Shown here: positions 31,525 through 41,895 of the stretch, in pieces | Layout of the letters: the number at the start of each line of letters is the position of its first letter | Numbering within the stretch: the stretch's first letter is position 1 | Source of the DNA: an uncultured Acidobacteriota bacterium | Lineage (GTDB): Bacteria > Acidobacteriota > Terriglobia > Terriglobales > Acidobacteriaceae | Direction of reading: 5' to 3' | NCBI GenBank assembly: GCA_963805695.1 | Contig: CAWDVL010000001.1 | Span: forward strand, 52,653-116,652 | Length of the DNA stretch: 64,000 nt | Translations under genes and position numbers: made by a program | Notes under the pieces: model-generated | The model's input: only the letters and a program-made list of their open reading frames with translations | The model's database searches: none | What the model was told of the DNA's origin: nothing

Positions 31525-31548
31525 AGAAGAGGTCGGGCGCGTCCCGCT

Positions 31549-33303
31549 TTACAGGGTTGGAGAATTGTCGCCGAGCATCGCTTCCCGCACGATCTTGATG
31601 GGCGGAAAGCCTTGTTTCAGGAATTCGTTATGGAATTGTTCAAGCGAGAACGCGGCGCCTTGCCTGGCTTTCAGGTCTTCGCGCAGTTTCAGGATCTCGA
31701 GCTTCCCCAGCGTGTAGTAGAGATAGGTTGGGTCACCGGTGCCACGCTTGGTTTCAACCACAGCGGTCTCCTTTGACTGGTAGCCTTCCTCCTGGAAAAA
31801 CTCGATGGCCTGGTCGGTGCTCATTTTGCCAGTATGCATCTGAATGCCGACGATAAAGCGCGCATTGCGCAGCAGCGCGTCCTGCAATTGGCCCAATCGG
31901 AGCAACTTCGATTCGTGTTGATCTTTCGCGCCTGTTCCTGACTGACCGTAGCCGGCATCGAGCATCATCTGTTCGCAGTAATGGGCCCAACCCTCGGCGT
32001 TGGTATTGGCGCCGAGCAGCTTGCGCACGCGGCTGGGAGCCTGCGGCACCCAGAGAAACTGCACGTAATGCCCGGGGTAGGCCTCGTGCACCGCGGTGGA
32101 AATGACCGTGCCGCGATTGAAGGAGTGCATGAAGCCTTCGACTTCCTTCGGGGTCATGGTCGATTCAGGCAGAGTGACGTTGAAGTAGGCCTCGGTCGCA
32201 TGTTTTTCGTAGGGGCCGGGCGTGTCCATGCTGGCAAAGGTCGTCGCCCGCATGAAAGGCGGAGTCTCTTCTACGATGGGCCGCACTTCGGACGGGATGG
32301 TAACGATGTGATGGGACTTGATGAACGAGACCAGGCTGTCAAAAGTGGCGCGAAAGGAGTTGAGCAGTTGGTCAGGGGCGGGGTGGTCTGAACCCAGTTG
32401 CTCAAGGACAGCGCGCGGCTCTTTGCCGGGCTCGAGTTCCTTCGCGATCTGGTTGAAGTGCTGCTGGTTTTTGTGCAGGTCGGCAGTGCCAATCTCGAGC
32501 AGTTTGTCCAGCGGGATATCAACCATCTCGTCGTATTGCAGCTTTTTCGAGAAGGTATCGGTTCCAATGCGGAAATCGCCATCCGACCTTGGCAGCAAAT
32601 CAGACTTGAGCCAGTCGAGATAGCTCTTCAACGCGGCAATCACGGCCGCATTGGTCTGCGCAAATTCGGCTTTGATGGCCGGATTCTTTGCATCGGCGAA
32701 GGCGGAGGGGACATCGTGCTCGAAGAAGCTGATGATGCCGGGTAGCTGCTCGATCGCGATCTCGGTCGAGATGTGGGGCGGGTTCTTGAGATTCACCCGG
32801 GCCTCGTCAAGGCGCGAGGGCATGAGCTTCTCGCGTGCAATAAGCGAGCGAAGGCGCTCGTCGGGCGAAGCAAATTTGCGCTCCATCAGCGAAAACGCTC
32901 CGTTCGAAATTCCACCCGAATACATGTCGGGGTTCTTTTCCGAAGGGCGGATTGTGCTGAGCGTGAGGAGCGTGGTGCGGATGTTGGCCAGAACCATTTC
33001 GCGGTCGCCGCGCGTGGTCTCGTCCAGGCCGGCAGCGGGAATGGACTCGACGCGGCGCTCAAAAAAGACGAGGTCCGCAATCCAGGCGTCAATTCTCTTG
33101 TGCGAGTAGTCTTCGAGTTGAGTGTCGTACTGGTGATAGCCGGAGAGCGTTCCGATGGTCGGCTGATTGGGAAAGTACAACTTGTCGAAATACTCGTCGG
33201 AGACTTTTTGAAACTGCTGTTGGGCAGCATCGTTGGCCGCATTGGCAGAGATAGTGGTGAACATGGCGACTCCGATGGCGAGCAGCATTAGAGTTTTCTT
33301 CAT
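31549..33303 (-). CDS. DUF885 family exported protein
   Basis: Signal peptide; HEAYPGHYVQ, EGWAHYCE, YTLGKLEI. Confidence 0.9.
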   Translation of the reverse strand: MKKTLMLLAIGVAMFTTISANAANDAAQQQFQKVSDEYFDKLYFPNQPTIGTLSGYHQYDTQLEDYSHKRIDAWIADLVFFERRVESIPAAGLDETTRGDREMVLANIRTTLLTLSTIRPSEKNPDMYSGGISNGAFSLMERKFASPDERLRSLIAREKLMPSRLDEARVNLKNPPHISTEIAIEQLPGIISFFEHDVPSAFADAKNPAIKAEFAQTNAAVIAALKSYLDWLKSDLLPRSDGDFRIGTDTFSKKLQYDEMVDIPLDKLLEIGTADLHKNQQHFNQIAKELEPGKEPRAVLEQLGSDHPAPDQLLNSFRATFDSLVSFIKSHHIVTIPSEVRPIVEETPPFMRATTFASMDTPGPYEKHATEAYFNVTLPESTMTPKEVEGFMHSFNRGTVISTAVHEAYPGHYVQFLWVPQAPSRVRKLLGANTNAEGWAHYCEQMMLDAGYGQSGTGAKDQHESKLLRLGQLQDALLRNARFIVGIQMHTGKMSTDQAIEFFQEEGYQSKETAVVETKRGTGDPTYLYYTLGKLEILKLREDLKARQGAAFSLEQFHNEFLKQGFPPIKIVREAMLGDNSPTL

Positions 33304-33370
33304 TGATGCCTCATTGAATCGAGTCCGTGAATCTCTTGCCTGCGGTTGGTTGCAGCAGGGCATTTCTTCG

Positions 33371-33430
33371 GGGGCTAAAGCCCATGTTGTTTACTGAGAC
33401 AATGTACGGGCTAAAGCCCGTACCCTTCAA
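33371..33430. repeat. REP-like family B doublet
   Basis: GGGGCTAAAGCCC followed by GTACGGGCTAAAGCCCGTACCCTTCAA. Confidence 0.7.
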
Positions 33431-33453
33431 AGACTGAGCAGATTCAGAGATCG

Positions 33454-36400
33454 CTATGCGTTGACTGGTGCAGGGGCAAGGACGTTGATCAGGTCGCGGA
33501 TTTCGAGCAGTACTTCGTCGGAACGTGAGGCAACCAAAGGATACTTGAGCATGCCCTGGGGCGTGAACTGCGCGCCGCGCTTGGCGTTGCGGGCGACGAG
33601 GCGCATGAGGTGCTGCGGTTCGATGCCGGCGTTTTCGGTAAAGCGGATCTGCAACTCGCCGCGTTTGCGGTCGATCTGAGCAATGCCGATGCGTTCGCAT
33701 TCGAGGCGCAGCGAAGCGGCTTCGAGCAGGTAGACGGTGGCATCGGGAAGCGGGCCGTAGCGATCCTCCATTTCGGCGCGCAGGTCGGCAATAGCCTTTT
33801 CGCTCTGTGCGCCCGCGATTTTCTTATAGAGGCGGAGGCGCTGGTTCTCTTCGGGAACATAGGCTTCGTCGATGCGTAGCGCGATGCCGAGATTGAGTTG
33901 CGTAGTCGGTCGTTCCTCGGCGCTCTCGCCTTTCATCTCTTTCACGGCCTGCTCAAGCATGGAGGTATAGAGCTCGAAGCCGACGGCTTCGATGTGTCCG
34001 CTCTGCTCGCCGCCGAGCATGTTACCGGCGCCGCGGAGTTCCAGATCGAGCGCGGCGATTTTGAATCCCGCGCCGAGGTCAGAGAATTCTTTGAGCGCGG
34101 CGAGACGGCGGCGCGCGATTTCGTTGAGTTCTTTCTCGTTGGGGATGAGGAGATAGGCATAGGCGCGGCGGTTGGAGCGGCCCACGCGTCCGCGGAGCTG
34201 GTAGAGTTCGCTGAGGCCGTGGCGATCGGCGCGGTTGATGAGGATGGTGTTGGCGAGCGGAATGTCGAGGCCGTTCTCGATGATCGTGGTCGCCACCAGC
34301 ACGTCGAATTGGTGATGCATGAAGGCGAGCATTACTCTTTCGAGCTCGCCTTCGCTCAACTGGCCGTGGCCTACGGCGACGCGCGCGGCGGGAACCAGTT
34401 CCTGGATGCGCGACGCAATTTCGTAGATGGATTCGACGCGGTTGTGGACGAAGTAGATTTGGCCGCCGCGCTCGAGTTCGAGTTCTATAGCCGAGCGGAT
34501 GATCTTCTCGTCGAACTTGGCCACCACGGTTTGAATCGCCATGCGGTCCTTGGGCGGCGTTTCGATCACGCTCATGTCGCGCAGTCCGACCAGGGACATG
34601 TGCAGCGTGCGCGGGATGGGCGTAGCGGACATGGCGAGCACGTCGATCTCTTTGCGGAGCTGCTTGAGGCGCTCCTTGTGGCGCACGCCGAAACGCTGCT
34701 CTTCGTCGACAACGAGCAGGCCGAGGTCCTGGAAGTTGATGTCTTTGGAAAGGATGCGGTGGGTGCCGATGAGAATGTCTACCTTGCCGGTTTCCACTTT
34801 TTCGACGATCTGCTTCTGCTCTTTTGCGGTGCGGAAGCGGGAGATCATTTCGATGTTGATGGGGAATTGCGCGAAGCGCCGCTTGAATGTTTCGAAGTGC
34901 TGGAAACTAAGGACGGTGGTGGGCGTGAGGACCGCGACCTGCTTGCCGTCCTGCACAGCTTTGAAGGCGGCGCGCATGGCCACTTCGGTTTTGCCGTAGC
35001 CCACGTCGCCGCAGAGCAAGCGGTCCATCGGTGTGGACGACTCCATGTCGTACTTAATGGCGCGGATCGCGGAAACCTGGTCGTCGGTCTCGTTGTAATC
35101 GAAGGCGTCTTCGAACTCCTTCTGGAATTCGTTGTCCTTTGAGAATGACGTGCCCTGTGCTGTATGGCGCTCGGCGTAGAGCTTCAACAACTCTGCCGTC
35201 ATGTCCTGCATGGCCTTGCGCACGCGCGCCTTGGTCTTCTGCCATTGCGCCGAGCCAAGCTTGTTTAGAACCGGCGCGGGGCCGGTGTCGGTGGAACGGT
35301 ATTTCTGAATTAAATCGAGGCGCGTCAGCGGAACATAAAGCTTGGCCTGCTCGGCGAATTCGAGAATCATGAATTCGACGGCGAGGCCGTCCTGCACGAT
35401 TTCTTTCAGGCCCTGGTATTGCGCGATGCCGTGCTCAACGTGGACCACGTAGTCGCCGATGGTGAGGTCGCGGAAGTCGGAGACGAAGGCGGCAGTCTTG
35501 GAGCGCTTGGGCTCGGGGCGCGCGGCGATGTCGGCATCGTCGGAGAAGTCGTTGGCTCCAAAGACGATGAGATTGGCATCCGGGAAGCTGACCCCGGATG
35601 AGATCTGGGCGCGCACAATGACCGGCACGCGCAGGTCTCCGGCGAGATAGCTCGCTTCCTCCAGCATGGTCTCGCTGCTGCCATGAACGGCGCGGCTGCC
35701 GAAGCGATAGGGGATCTGGTATTCGCGCAGCACGGTGGCCATGCGCTCGACATCGCCCTGGTTCGCGGCGGCCAGCACGATGTGCGTCTCGGCTTCGATG
35801 AGCTTGCGGAGTTGCTCGGTGAGCGCGGGAATGGATCCGTGGAATCTCAGCGTGGGGCGGGTGTTGAGCGCGATTTCGCCGAGCGTCGTATCTTCGTCGA
35901 GCACGTCCACGAGGCCGAGTTGGTCAAGGTCGAGTCCGAAGTGCGAATCAAGCAGGCCCTGGAGAATTTCGGGGCGTAGGTAGATATCTTCCGGCCGGAT
36001 CAGGTTGCCGATGCCGGATCGCTCGTGGCGCTGCTCGACTTTGTTCCACCAGCGGTCGATCTGGTTGCGGACCATGCCGGGCTCGTCGACAAAAAGAACG
36101 GCCTTGGGCAGGAGCTTGAGAAGGTGGCTTTCCGCTCCGGCGACACTGGAGAAGAATTCCCAGCCAGGGAACACGCTCACTCCTCCGGCGGCAGCGGCTT
36201 CGATGGCTAGCTCGTCGGCGGTGTCGTCGGTGCCTTCGCCTTCAATGTGGATGCGCTCGCGGCTGAGGCGGGCGTTGACGGCGGCCAGCAGGTGCTCGGT
36301 GACGGGCGTTTCGGTCAGCGGCAACAACCAGGCTTCGTCGAGTCCGGACTGCGAGCGCTGCGTCTCGGGGTCGAAGCGGCGAATGGATTCGATTTCGTCG

Positions 36401-37026
36401 CCAAAGAACTCGATGCGGATGGGACGGTCGGATTCGGGGGAATAGACATCGAGAATGCCGCCGCGCCGGGTGAACTGGCCGGGCATCTCCACCAGGTCCA
36501 TCTGCGTGTAGCCGACGCCGGCCAGATGCGCCGTGAGGACTTCGATATCGACTTCTTCGCCGCGCTTGAGATTGATGGCGAGCGATGCATAATAGTCGCG
36601 TTCGAACAGGCGCAGGGCGGCGGCTTCGACCGGCGCGATGAGGATGGAGACGGCGCCAGTGGCCAGTTTCCACAGAGCGGCGGCGCGCTGTTCCTGCACA
36701 TCGGGGTGCGGGGAAAGGTTTTCAAACGGGAGCACGTCATGGGCGGGGAAGCGCACTACACGGTCGGGATCGATGGCGCCCGTAAGTTCGCATCCGGCGC
36801 GGAGCGCGGGTTCGAGGGCTTCGGCAACCTTGTTGTCGGCGACGAGCACGATTACCGGCTGCCGGGCGGCCCGAGCCATCAGCGGAATATAGAGGGAGCG
36901 AGCAGTTGCCGTGAGTCCGGACACACGCCTCCGCCCCGAAGCAAGGCTGAGGTGCCTGCGAACGCGCTCAAATGCGGGGGTATGCTCCAGGTCCACGAAA
37001 ATTTCGCGGACGAACGGGAGGATCAT
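33454..37026 (-). CDS. mfd: Transcription-repair coupling factor
   Basis: RRGGILD, GDYVVHVEHGI, CGDVGYGKTEVA, DEEQRFGV, SATPIPRTL, QLRGRVGRS. Confidence 0.98.
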   Translation of the reverse strand: MILPFVREIFVDLEHTPAFERVRRHLSLASGRRRVSGLTATARSLYIPLMARAARQPVIVLVADNKVAEALEPALRAGCELTGAIDPDRVVRFPAHDVLPFENLSPHPDVQEQRAAALWKLATGAVSILIAPVEAAALRLFERDYYASLAINLKRGEEVDIEVLTAHLAGVGYTQMDLVEMPGQFTRRGGILDVYSPESDRPIRIEFFGDEIESIRRFDPETQRSQSGLDEAWLLPLTETPVTEHLLAAVNARLSRERIHIEGEGTDDTADELAIEAAAAGGVSVFPGWEFFSSVAGAESHLLKLLPKAVLFVDEPGMVRNQIDRWWNKVEQRHERSGIGNLIRPEDIYLRPEILQGLLDSHFGLDLDQLGLVDVLDEDTTLGEIALNTRPTLRFHGSIPALTEQLRKLIEAETHIVLAAANQGDVERMATVLREYQIPYRFGSRAVHGSSETMLEEASYLAGDLRVPVIVRAQISSGVSFPDANLIVFGANDFSDDADIAARPEPKRSKTAAFVSDFRDLTIGDYVVHVEHGIAQYQGLKEIVQDGLAVEFMILEFAEQAKLYVPLTRLDLIQKYRSTDTGPAPVLNKLGSAQWQKTKARVRKAMQDMTAELLKLYAERHTAQGTSFSKDNEFQKEFEDAFDYNETDDQVSAIRAIKYDMESSTPMDRLLCGDVGYGKTEVAMRAAFKAVQDGKQVAVLTPTTVLSFQHFETFKRRFAQFPINIEMISRFRTAKEQKQIVEKVETGKVDILIGTHRILSKDINFQDLGLLVVDEEQRFGVRHKERLKQLRKEIDVLAMSATPIPRTLHMSLVGLRDMSVIETPPKDRMAIQTVVAKFDEKIIRSAIELELERGGQIYFVHNRVESIYEIASRIQELVPAARVAVGHGQLSEGELERVMLAFMHHQFDVLVATTIIENGLDIPLANTILINRADRHGLSELYQLRGRVGRSNRRAYAYLLIPNEKELNEIARRRLAALKEFSDLGAGFKIAALDLELRGAGNMLGGEQSGHIEAVGFELYTSMLEQAVKEMKGESAEERPTTQLNLGIALRIDEAYVPEENQRLRLYKKIAGAQSEKAIADLRAEMEDRYGPLPDATVYLLEAASLRLECERIGIAQIDRKRGELQIRFTENAGIEPQHLMRLVARNAKRGAQFTPQGMLKYPLVASRSDEVLLEIRDLINVLAPAPVNA

Positions 37027-37059
37027 CGAAGACTAGTTTAGCAGTTGGGTTGGCCGCAT

Positions 37060-37091
37060 CCCAGGTCTCAAAAGCGAGACCTGGGGCACCC
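37060..37091. repeat. REP-like palindrome family A (reverse orientation)
   Basis: CCCAGGTCTCAAAAGCGAGACCTGGGGCACCC. Confidence 0.85.
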
Positions 37092-37102
37092 AGTGCAGTG
37101 GG

Positions 37103-37879
37103 TTAGCGTTTGCGGAGGCGGACGGAGTCCCAGCTTCCGTCGGAGGCCCAGCCGCCATCGACCGACAGGCAATGCCCATTGATGAAGGCGCTTTCGGTCT
37201 CGTCGGCGAGGAAGGCAATGGCGCGAGCGACATCATCGGGAGTGGCGAATCGGGCCATGGGAATGCGGCCGGTAATGTCGGCGTCGGAGTAGCTGCCGCC
37301 GGCCTGGTCGGCCACATCCATTTCGGTCTTCACCCAGCCGGGACAAACGGCGTTGACGCGCACGCCGCGGCCGCCCCACTCGGCGGCGAGCGTACGGGTG
37401 AGGCCGATGAGTCCGTGCTTGGAGGTGTTGTAAGCTGCCCGGTCGGACACAGCGAGAAGGCCAGCTACGGAAGCGACGTTGATGATGGAACCGCGACCGG
37501 CTTCGAGCATCTTTCTGCCGAATGTCCGGGCGAGCAGGAATGGCGCCACAAGATTGACGTCAATCACGCGGCGATAGTCGCTGAAGGAAGTATCCTCGGC
37601 CGGACAGATGAGGCTAATGCCGGCGTTGTTGATCAGCACATCGGCGCGACCGTAGCGGGTGAAGACCGCTTGGGCGAAATCGGCCACCGCCTCTTCGCGA
37701 GTAATGTCACCCGCGTAGCCCATAACGTCGCCGCCGCGGGATTCGATGGACTGAACAGCCGCCACTGGGTCGCGGAGATCGATGAGGGCGAGTTTGTACC
37801 CGCGCTCGGCGAGCACCTCGGCGGTGCGGCGGCCGATTCCCTGGGCTCCCCCGGTGATGACTGCGACGCGCTGGTTCAC
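37103..37879 (-). CDS. SDR family oxidoreductase
   Basis: TGGAQGIG, NNAG, YNTSK, VCPG. Confidence 0.93.
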   Translation of the reverse strand: MNQRVAVITGGAQGIGRRTAEVLAERGYKLALIDLRDPVAAVQSIESRGGDVMGYAGDITREEAVADFAQAVFTRYGRADVLINNAGISLICPAEDTSFSDYRRVIDVNLVAPFLLARTFGRKMLEAGRGSIINVASVAGLLAVSDRAAYNTSKHGLIGLTRTLAAEWGGRGVRVNAVCPGWVKTEMDVADQAGGSYSDADITGRIPMARFATPDDVARAIAFLADETESAFINGHCLSVDGGWASDGSWDSVRLRKR

Positions 37880-37893
37880 TGGGCGAATACTCT

Positions 37894-38190
37894 TCAGAGA
37901 TGTCTGGTTGGCATCATACTGTGATGAAGCACTCTAACGATCAGTACGCCTTCCGGTTCTGGAAAATAGAAGGCAACGTGTCGTTCGATCTCGAATCGAT
38001 ACAAGCCCGATTGAAGTGAATCGCACGGCCGTCCAACCAACGGATTCATCGCAAGGAGATTCAGACCTTCTTCCAGCCGGGTCAGATACTTGTCTGCCTG
38101 CCCGGGGCCCCAAGTGAGCATCGTATACGCAGCGATTTGATCCATGTCGCTTTCAGCCTCTGCTGAAATCCTCAACTGGCGCACAATCAA
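37894..38190 (-). CDS. parE: Type II toxin, RelE/ParE family
   Basis: S.EAESD..I..YT...WG..QA..Y; H..FY....V.IVRVLH. Confidence 0.88.
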   Translation of the reverse strand: MIVRQLRISAEAESDMDQIAAYTMLTWGPGQADKYLTRLEEGLNLLAMNPLVGRPCDSLQSGLYRFEIERHVAFYFPEPEGVLIVRVLHHSMMPTRHL

Positions 38191-38444
38191 GCTTCTTTCC
38201 GGGGAAGTCCTTGCTTTGTGCGAATGCGCGAAAAGACGCCAGGTTCAGCAATCCCACTCGCCATGCCCTTTTTGATTGCAGCCCGCAACGCCCGTAGTTT
38301 TTCTTCCTCCTCGCGCTCGTCTTGTTCAAGCAGGCGCAAGGCTGCGCGCATTACTTCGCTGGCATTCGCATAGCGTCCCTTTTCGACTCTGCTGGCGATA
38401 AAGGAATCGAGTTCTGGGGTCAGATTTACGTTGCGGGTGGGCAT
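38187..38444 (-). CDS. parD: Type II antitoxin, ParD (RHH) family
   Basis: MPTRNVNLT..L..FI...V..GRYANASEVMRAALRLL; 4-nt overlap with the toxin. Confidence 0.9.
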   Translation of the reverse strand: MPTRNVNLTPELDSFIASRVEKGRYANASEVMRAALRLLEQDEREEEEKLRALRAAIKKGMASGIAEPGVFSRIRTKQGLPRKEA

Positions 38445-38460
38445 GATTCACCTCTCGCTC

Positions 38461-38490
38461 AGTATATGGCGATTGGCATACTTTGCCAAT
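38461..38490 (-). promoter_or_regulatory. parDE sigma70-type promoter with palindromic operator
   Basis: Minus strand TTGGCA-17-TATACT; ATTGGCA-N5-TGCCAAT palindrome (38472-38490) overlaps the -35 box. Confidence 0.65.
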
Positions 38491-38550
38491 GAGCGAATGT
38501 CAACGAGATGCCCGGTCTCGAGTCGCGACTTACGGCCGCTACTCCGGTAT

Positions 38551-40238
38551 TTACTCTGTTTTCGCCAAGGCGGCGATCAACGTTTCGCGGTGGCGGTCGG
38601 CCATGGTGTCGACATTATCGAGCACGCGCAGCCATACCATGATTGCAGCTCCCGCCATAGACAACAGCACGGGCGCTGCCATCCAGAGACGATCGAAATA
38701 TGAGCAGATTGCAAAGATGCTGGCGCCGATCCCCAGGACACCAATCTGAATGAGCATGCTGAGCAGCGCGCTGGCTTGCGATCCGCGCTGGCGGGTAATT
38801 CTACCCAGGTTCATACGGTACGGCATGTTCAGAGAGAACGTGTTTCCGGCGGCAAGATGCACCGGCAATGCGAACAGCAGCCACGCCGCTGTCGCAGCCA
38901 ATGCGGCGGGAGTGGGCCAGCCAATGCGCAGGCTGGATACGATGCATACCAGCACCGCGTCGACCAAGAATAGCAACCCGTGGAACAGATTCTTGGCCAG
39001 CATCACGGTGCGCATGGGCGTGGGACACAGGAAGAGCATTTGAATCCCCGGCCCTTCCGGACCCAGGTTGTTATAGAACAACTGGGTGAAACCGACCATG
39101 GCATACGCGAGGCTAATGAGGAGGCTCATCGACGTGAAGGGGCCGGGCCGGGTGCCACGCTTGATGAACAAGCCGGAGAGGACGAAGACCATCAGTAGAG
39201 GCGCAGCTAGCCCGTAGAGAAGCGGCATGGCACGCATCAGGACGCGCAGCTCTTTCTCCATGACGGCCGCGATCGGACCCGAGCCGTCGATCAGCCAACT
39301 GCGGGTTCGGCGTTCCACTTTTTTGCGGGAGGGCGCGTCGCTGAGGTTCTCGCCGCGGTGCTCGGCGCGAAGGCGGACGCCAAGAATACCGCCAGCCGCG
39401 AGCGCATACATGCCCAGAAGTGAAATCGCCTTGATAGCCGCAGCCGGTCGCGTACCGGCACTGCGCTCGATTTCGAAAGCGGCAAGCCCCGGAGGCAGCC
39501 AGCGTTGCAGCGAGTTCGCAGTATGGAGCCAACGCATTCCCGCGGCGCGCGACTGTGCACTCACATGTGGATGAGTTTGCGACCGGAAGGCAGGATTCAG
39601 AAGTTGCAGGCTCAACAGACCAACGAAGAACAACGCGCCGACGATTTCACGGGTACGCCGCTGGGCCAGCCACCGATCGATCCAGGCTGAGATGGCGCGG
39701 ACAAGAAGAACATTGAACGCGGCGTAGACAACCAGGCTGAGAGCGGTCCACGCCCACAGGTCGGGCCGGGCGATGGTGATACCGATCCAGACGCCGATGC
39801 AGCAGAGCCCGCCCATGATGGTGGAAGCGTCCACCAGGCCGAAGATGAGATGCAGGAGAAAGAACGCGCCGAAGCCCACGGGGAAACGCAGCAGGCCGCC
39901 GATATCGAAGTGCTCCTGGAACGAGGCGAGAGTGACCGGCACCGCCTGCCAAAGGATGAAGAGAACCCAGAAGAGAGCGGGCAGAATTTCCCATTTTTCG
40001 CTGGCCGCGATGGCGTATGCGCCGCCGCCTATGCCGGTGGCCATTCCGAGCCCCATGAACGGCGTAGAAGAAGAAGGCAATGGTGCGCGCACCGAGTTCG
40101 ACGGCCCCCTGGGTGGTGCGCAGGCTGTTGCGGAACATGCTCCAGCGCATGGAGGCCAGCGCTTTGTATTGCGATCGGGCAAGGACACTGAACGGTCCCG
40201 AAGGCAGGACGCGACCGGGGGTCAGCTACGCCAGCCAT
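38551..40238 (-). CDS. ABC-2 type exporter permease, frameshifted
   Basis: More than ten TM segments, LLRFPV and MEKELR motifs; start overlaps the ATPase gene; N-terminus split over frames. Confidence 0.75.
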
Positions 40239-41023
40239 GAAAGCTCCTGCGCCGGCTCCTGGCCGCCAGCGCCGACGATGGAGAGAAAGATCTCTTCGAG
40301 CGTGAGGCGCTGGCCGGCTTCCGAACCCGGCAGCGAACTGGCTACGCCGGCGCGCAGTTCGTCGAGGGAGCCATTCGCAACCAGCCGTCCCTGGCTGATG
40401 ATGGCCACGTGGCTGCAAAGGCGTTCGACGATTTCCAATACGTGAGTGGTGAGAAAAATGGTGGCGCCGCGGCTGATCATGCCCTGCAGCATGGCCTTCA
40501 GCATGCCGGCGGCAATGGCATCGACGCCTTCAAATGGCTCATCGAGGAACAGGATCTTAGGTCCGTGAATCACCGCGGCCGCCAGGGCCAGCTTCTTCTG
40601 CATGCCGTGGGAAAAGTCGGTCACCAGTTTGCGGGTTTCGTTCGCGAGTTGCATGAAGTCGAGCAACTCGTCGGTGCGCTGATTGGTGGTTTGGCGGTCG
40701 AGTCCGTACATCCGGCCAACGAAGCGTAGATACTCCGGTGCGGTAAGCCGGCCGAACAGCGCCATGCCTTCCGGTACAACGCCGATTTGACGTTTCAGGT
40801 CGAGTGAGCCGGCCGTAAAGCGCTGGCCGAGAATCTCCATCGATCCCGCGCTCGGCTCCAGCAGGCCGGTGAGCATTTTGATGGTGGTGGACTTTCCTGC
40901 CCCGTTGGGTCCCAGAAAACCGAAGAACTGTCCCTGCGCCACGCTGAACGTGACGTCGTCCACGGCGGTGAGTTCCCCAAAGCGTCGCGTCAGGCCGCGG
41001 GTTTGAATCGCCGCAATTTCCAT
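40226..41023 (-). CDS. ABC transporter ATP-binding protein
   Basis: GPNGAGKST, FSHGM, LDEP, TTH. Confidence 0.95.
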   Translation of the reverse strand: MEIAAIQTRGLTRRFGELTAVDDVTFSVAQGQFFGFLGPNGAGKSTTIKMLTGLLEPSAGSMEILGQRFTAGSLDLKRQIGVVPEGMALFGRLTAPEYLRFVGRMYGLDRQTTNQRTDELLDFMQLANETRKLVTDFSHGMQKKLALAAAVIHGPKILFLDEPFEGVDAIAAGMLKAMLQGMISRGATIFLTTHVLEIVERLCSHVAIISQGRLVANGSLDELRAGVASSLPGSEAGQRLTLEEIFLSIVGAGGQEPAQELSWLA

Positions 41024-41116
41024 GTGGAGAAAGGATAGCAAGGATGGAGGACAGAGCCAAAAACAGGCAAGCGGCCGATGCCCGGTCAGCCGTCATTAAG
41101 AGCGCAAACGGTGGAA

Positions 41117-41725
41117 TTATGACTTCTTTGTGCCGGCCACAGCGCTCGCTGGCGCGGGCGGCTTTACCCATTCAGGATGATCCCTTTCGATCTCCTTCCC
41201 CACCTCACTGCCCAGGCGTCCTCCGATGAGCGACGTTTCGGAGTTGATGTCGCGCTGAATAAACGGCGAATTGGTTTTCAACTTCTCGGCGAGTTGAGGC
41301 GAGATGGGGTGGGCTTGCGATTTCTTCAGCGCAATCTGGCTTCGGCCAGGTCTTCGAGTTCGTCCCGGGTGAAGTACTTCTCGTAAACCTGGGCCGTGGC
41401 CACGACGATCTGGTCAAGATTCACCCGGAGCCGCATCCGCTTGACCCATTCCTCCCCAAACTGTGGATTCAGGCCGGGATTCTTTGTCATCATGGATTGT
41501 TTTCCATCCTGAAGCAGCTTATCCAGAGTCAGTTCCAACCGGTGGCGGGCGTCGGCGGCTTCAACAAATTTCATGGCACTTGCATGCAGTTTTTCTCTTG
41601 AGACTTTGATCGGCGCCGGACGACGAAACCTGGGCAGCCGATGGGCCGGGAGCGGACGCGGTTTGCTGTGCCGAAACCGGCACGGCCAGGGCGATCAGGG
41701 TAAGTACGAGTTCGGTGGTGCGCAT
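41117..41725 (-). CDS. Exported protein (DUF2059-like), frameshifted
   Basis: Signal peptide MRTTELVLTLIALAVPVSA; VYEKYFTRDELEDL; third frame continues to ...GKEIERDHPEWVK..KKS*. Confidence 0.65.
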
Positions 41726-41863
41726 GGTACTGCCTCTTGGTGAGATTTGCCGGTTCCGCCAAATCAGAAACCTGATTCGACCGGGAGGGTCCAGCTTCAG
41801 GCTCACACTACCACACATTTTGGGCCCGATCTTTGATGTCTGCTTTTTGCAATTGGACCGTGA

Positions 41864-41895
41864 CCCCGCCCTAGCGAAGCTAGGACGGGGCACCC
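41864..41895. repeat. REP-like family A variant (reverse)
   Basis: CCCCGCCCTAGCGAAGCTAGGACGGGGCACCC hairpin with GGGCACCC foot. Confidence 0.65.

Noticed and set aside
6289-37091. 32-bp palindromic repeats as a CRISPR array
   Set aside because: Copies are dispersed kilobases apart with no regular spacers and no cas genes.
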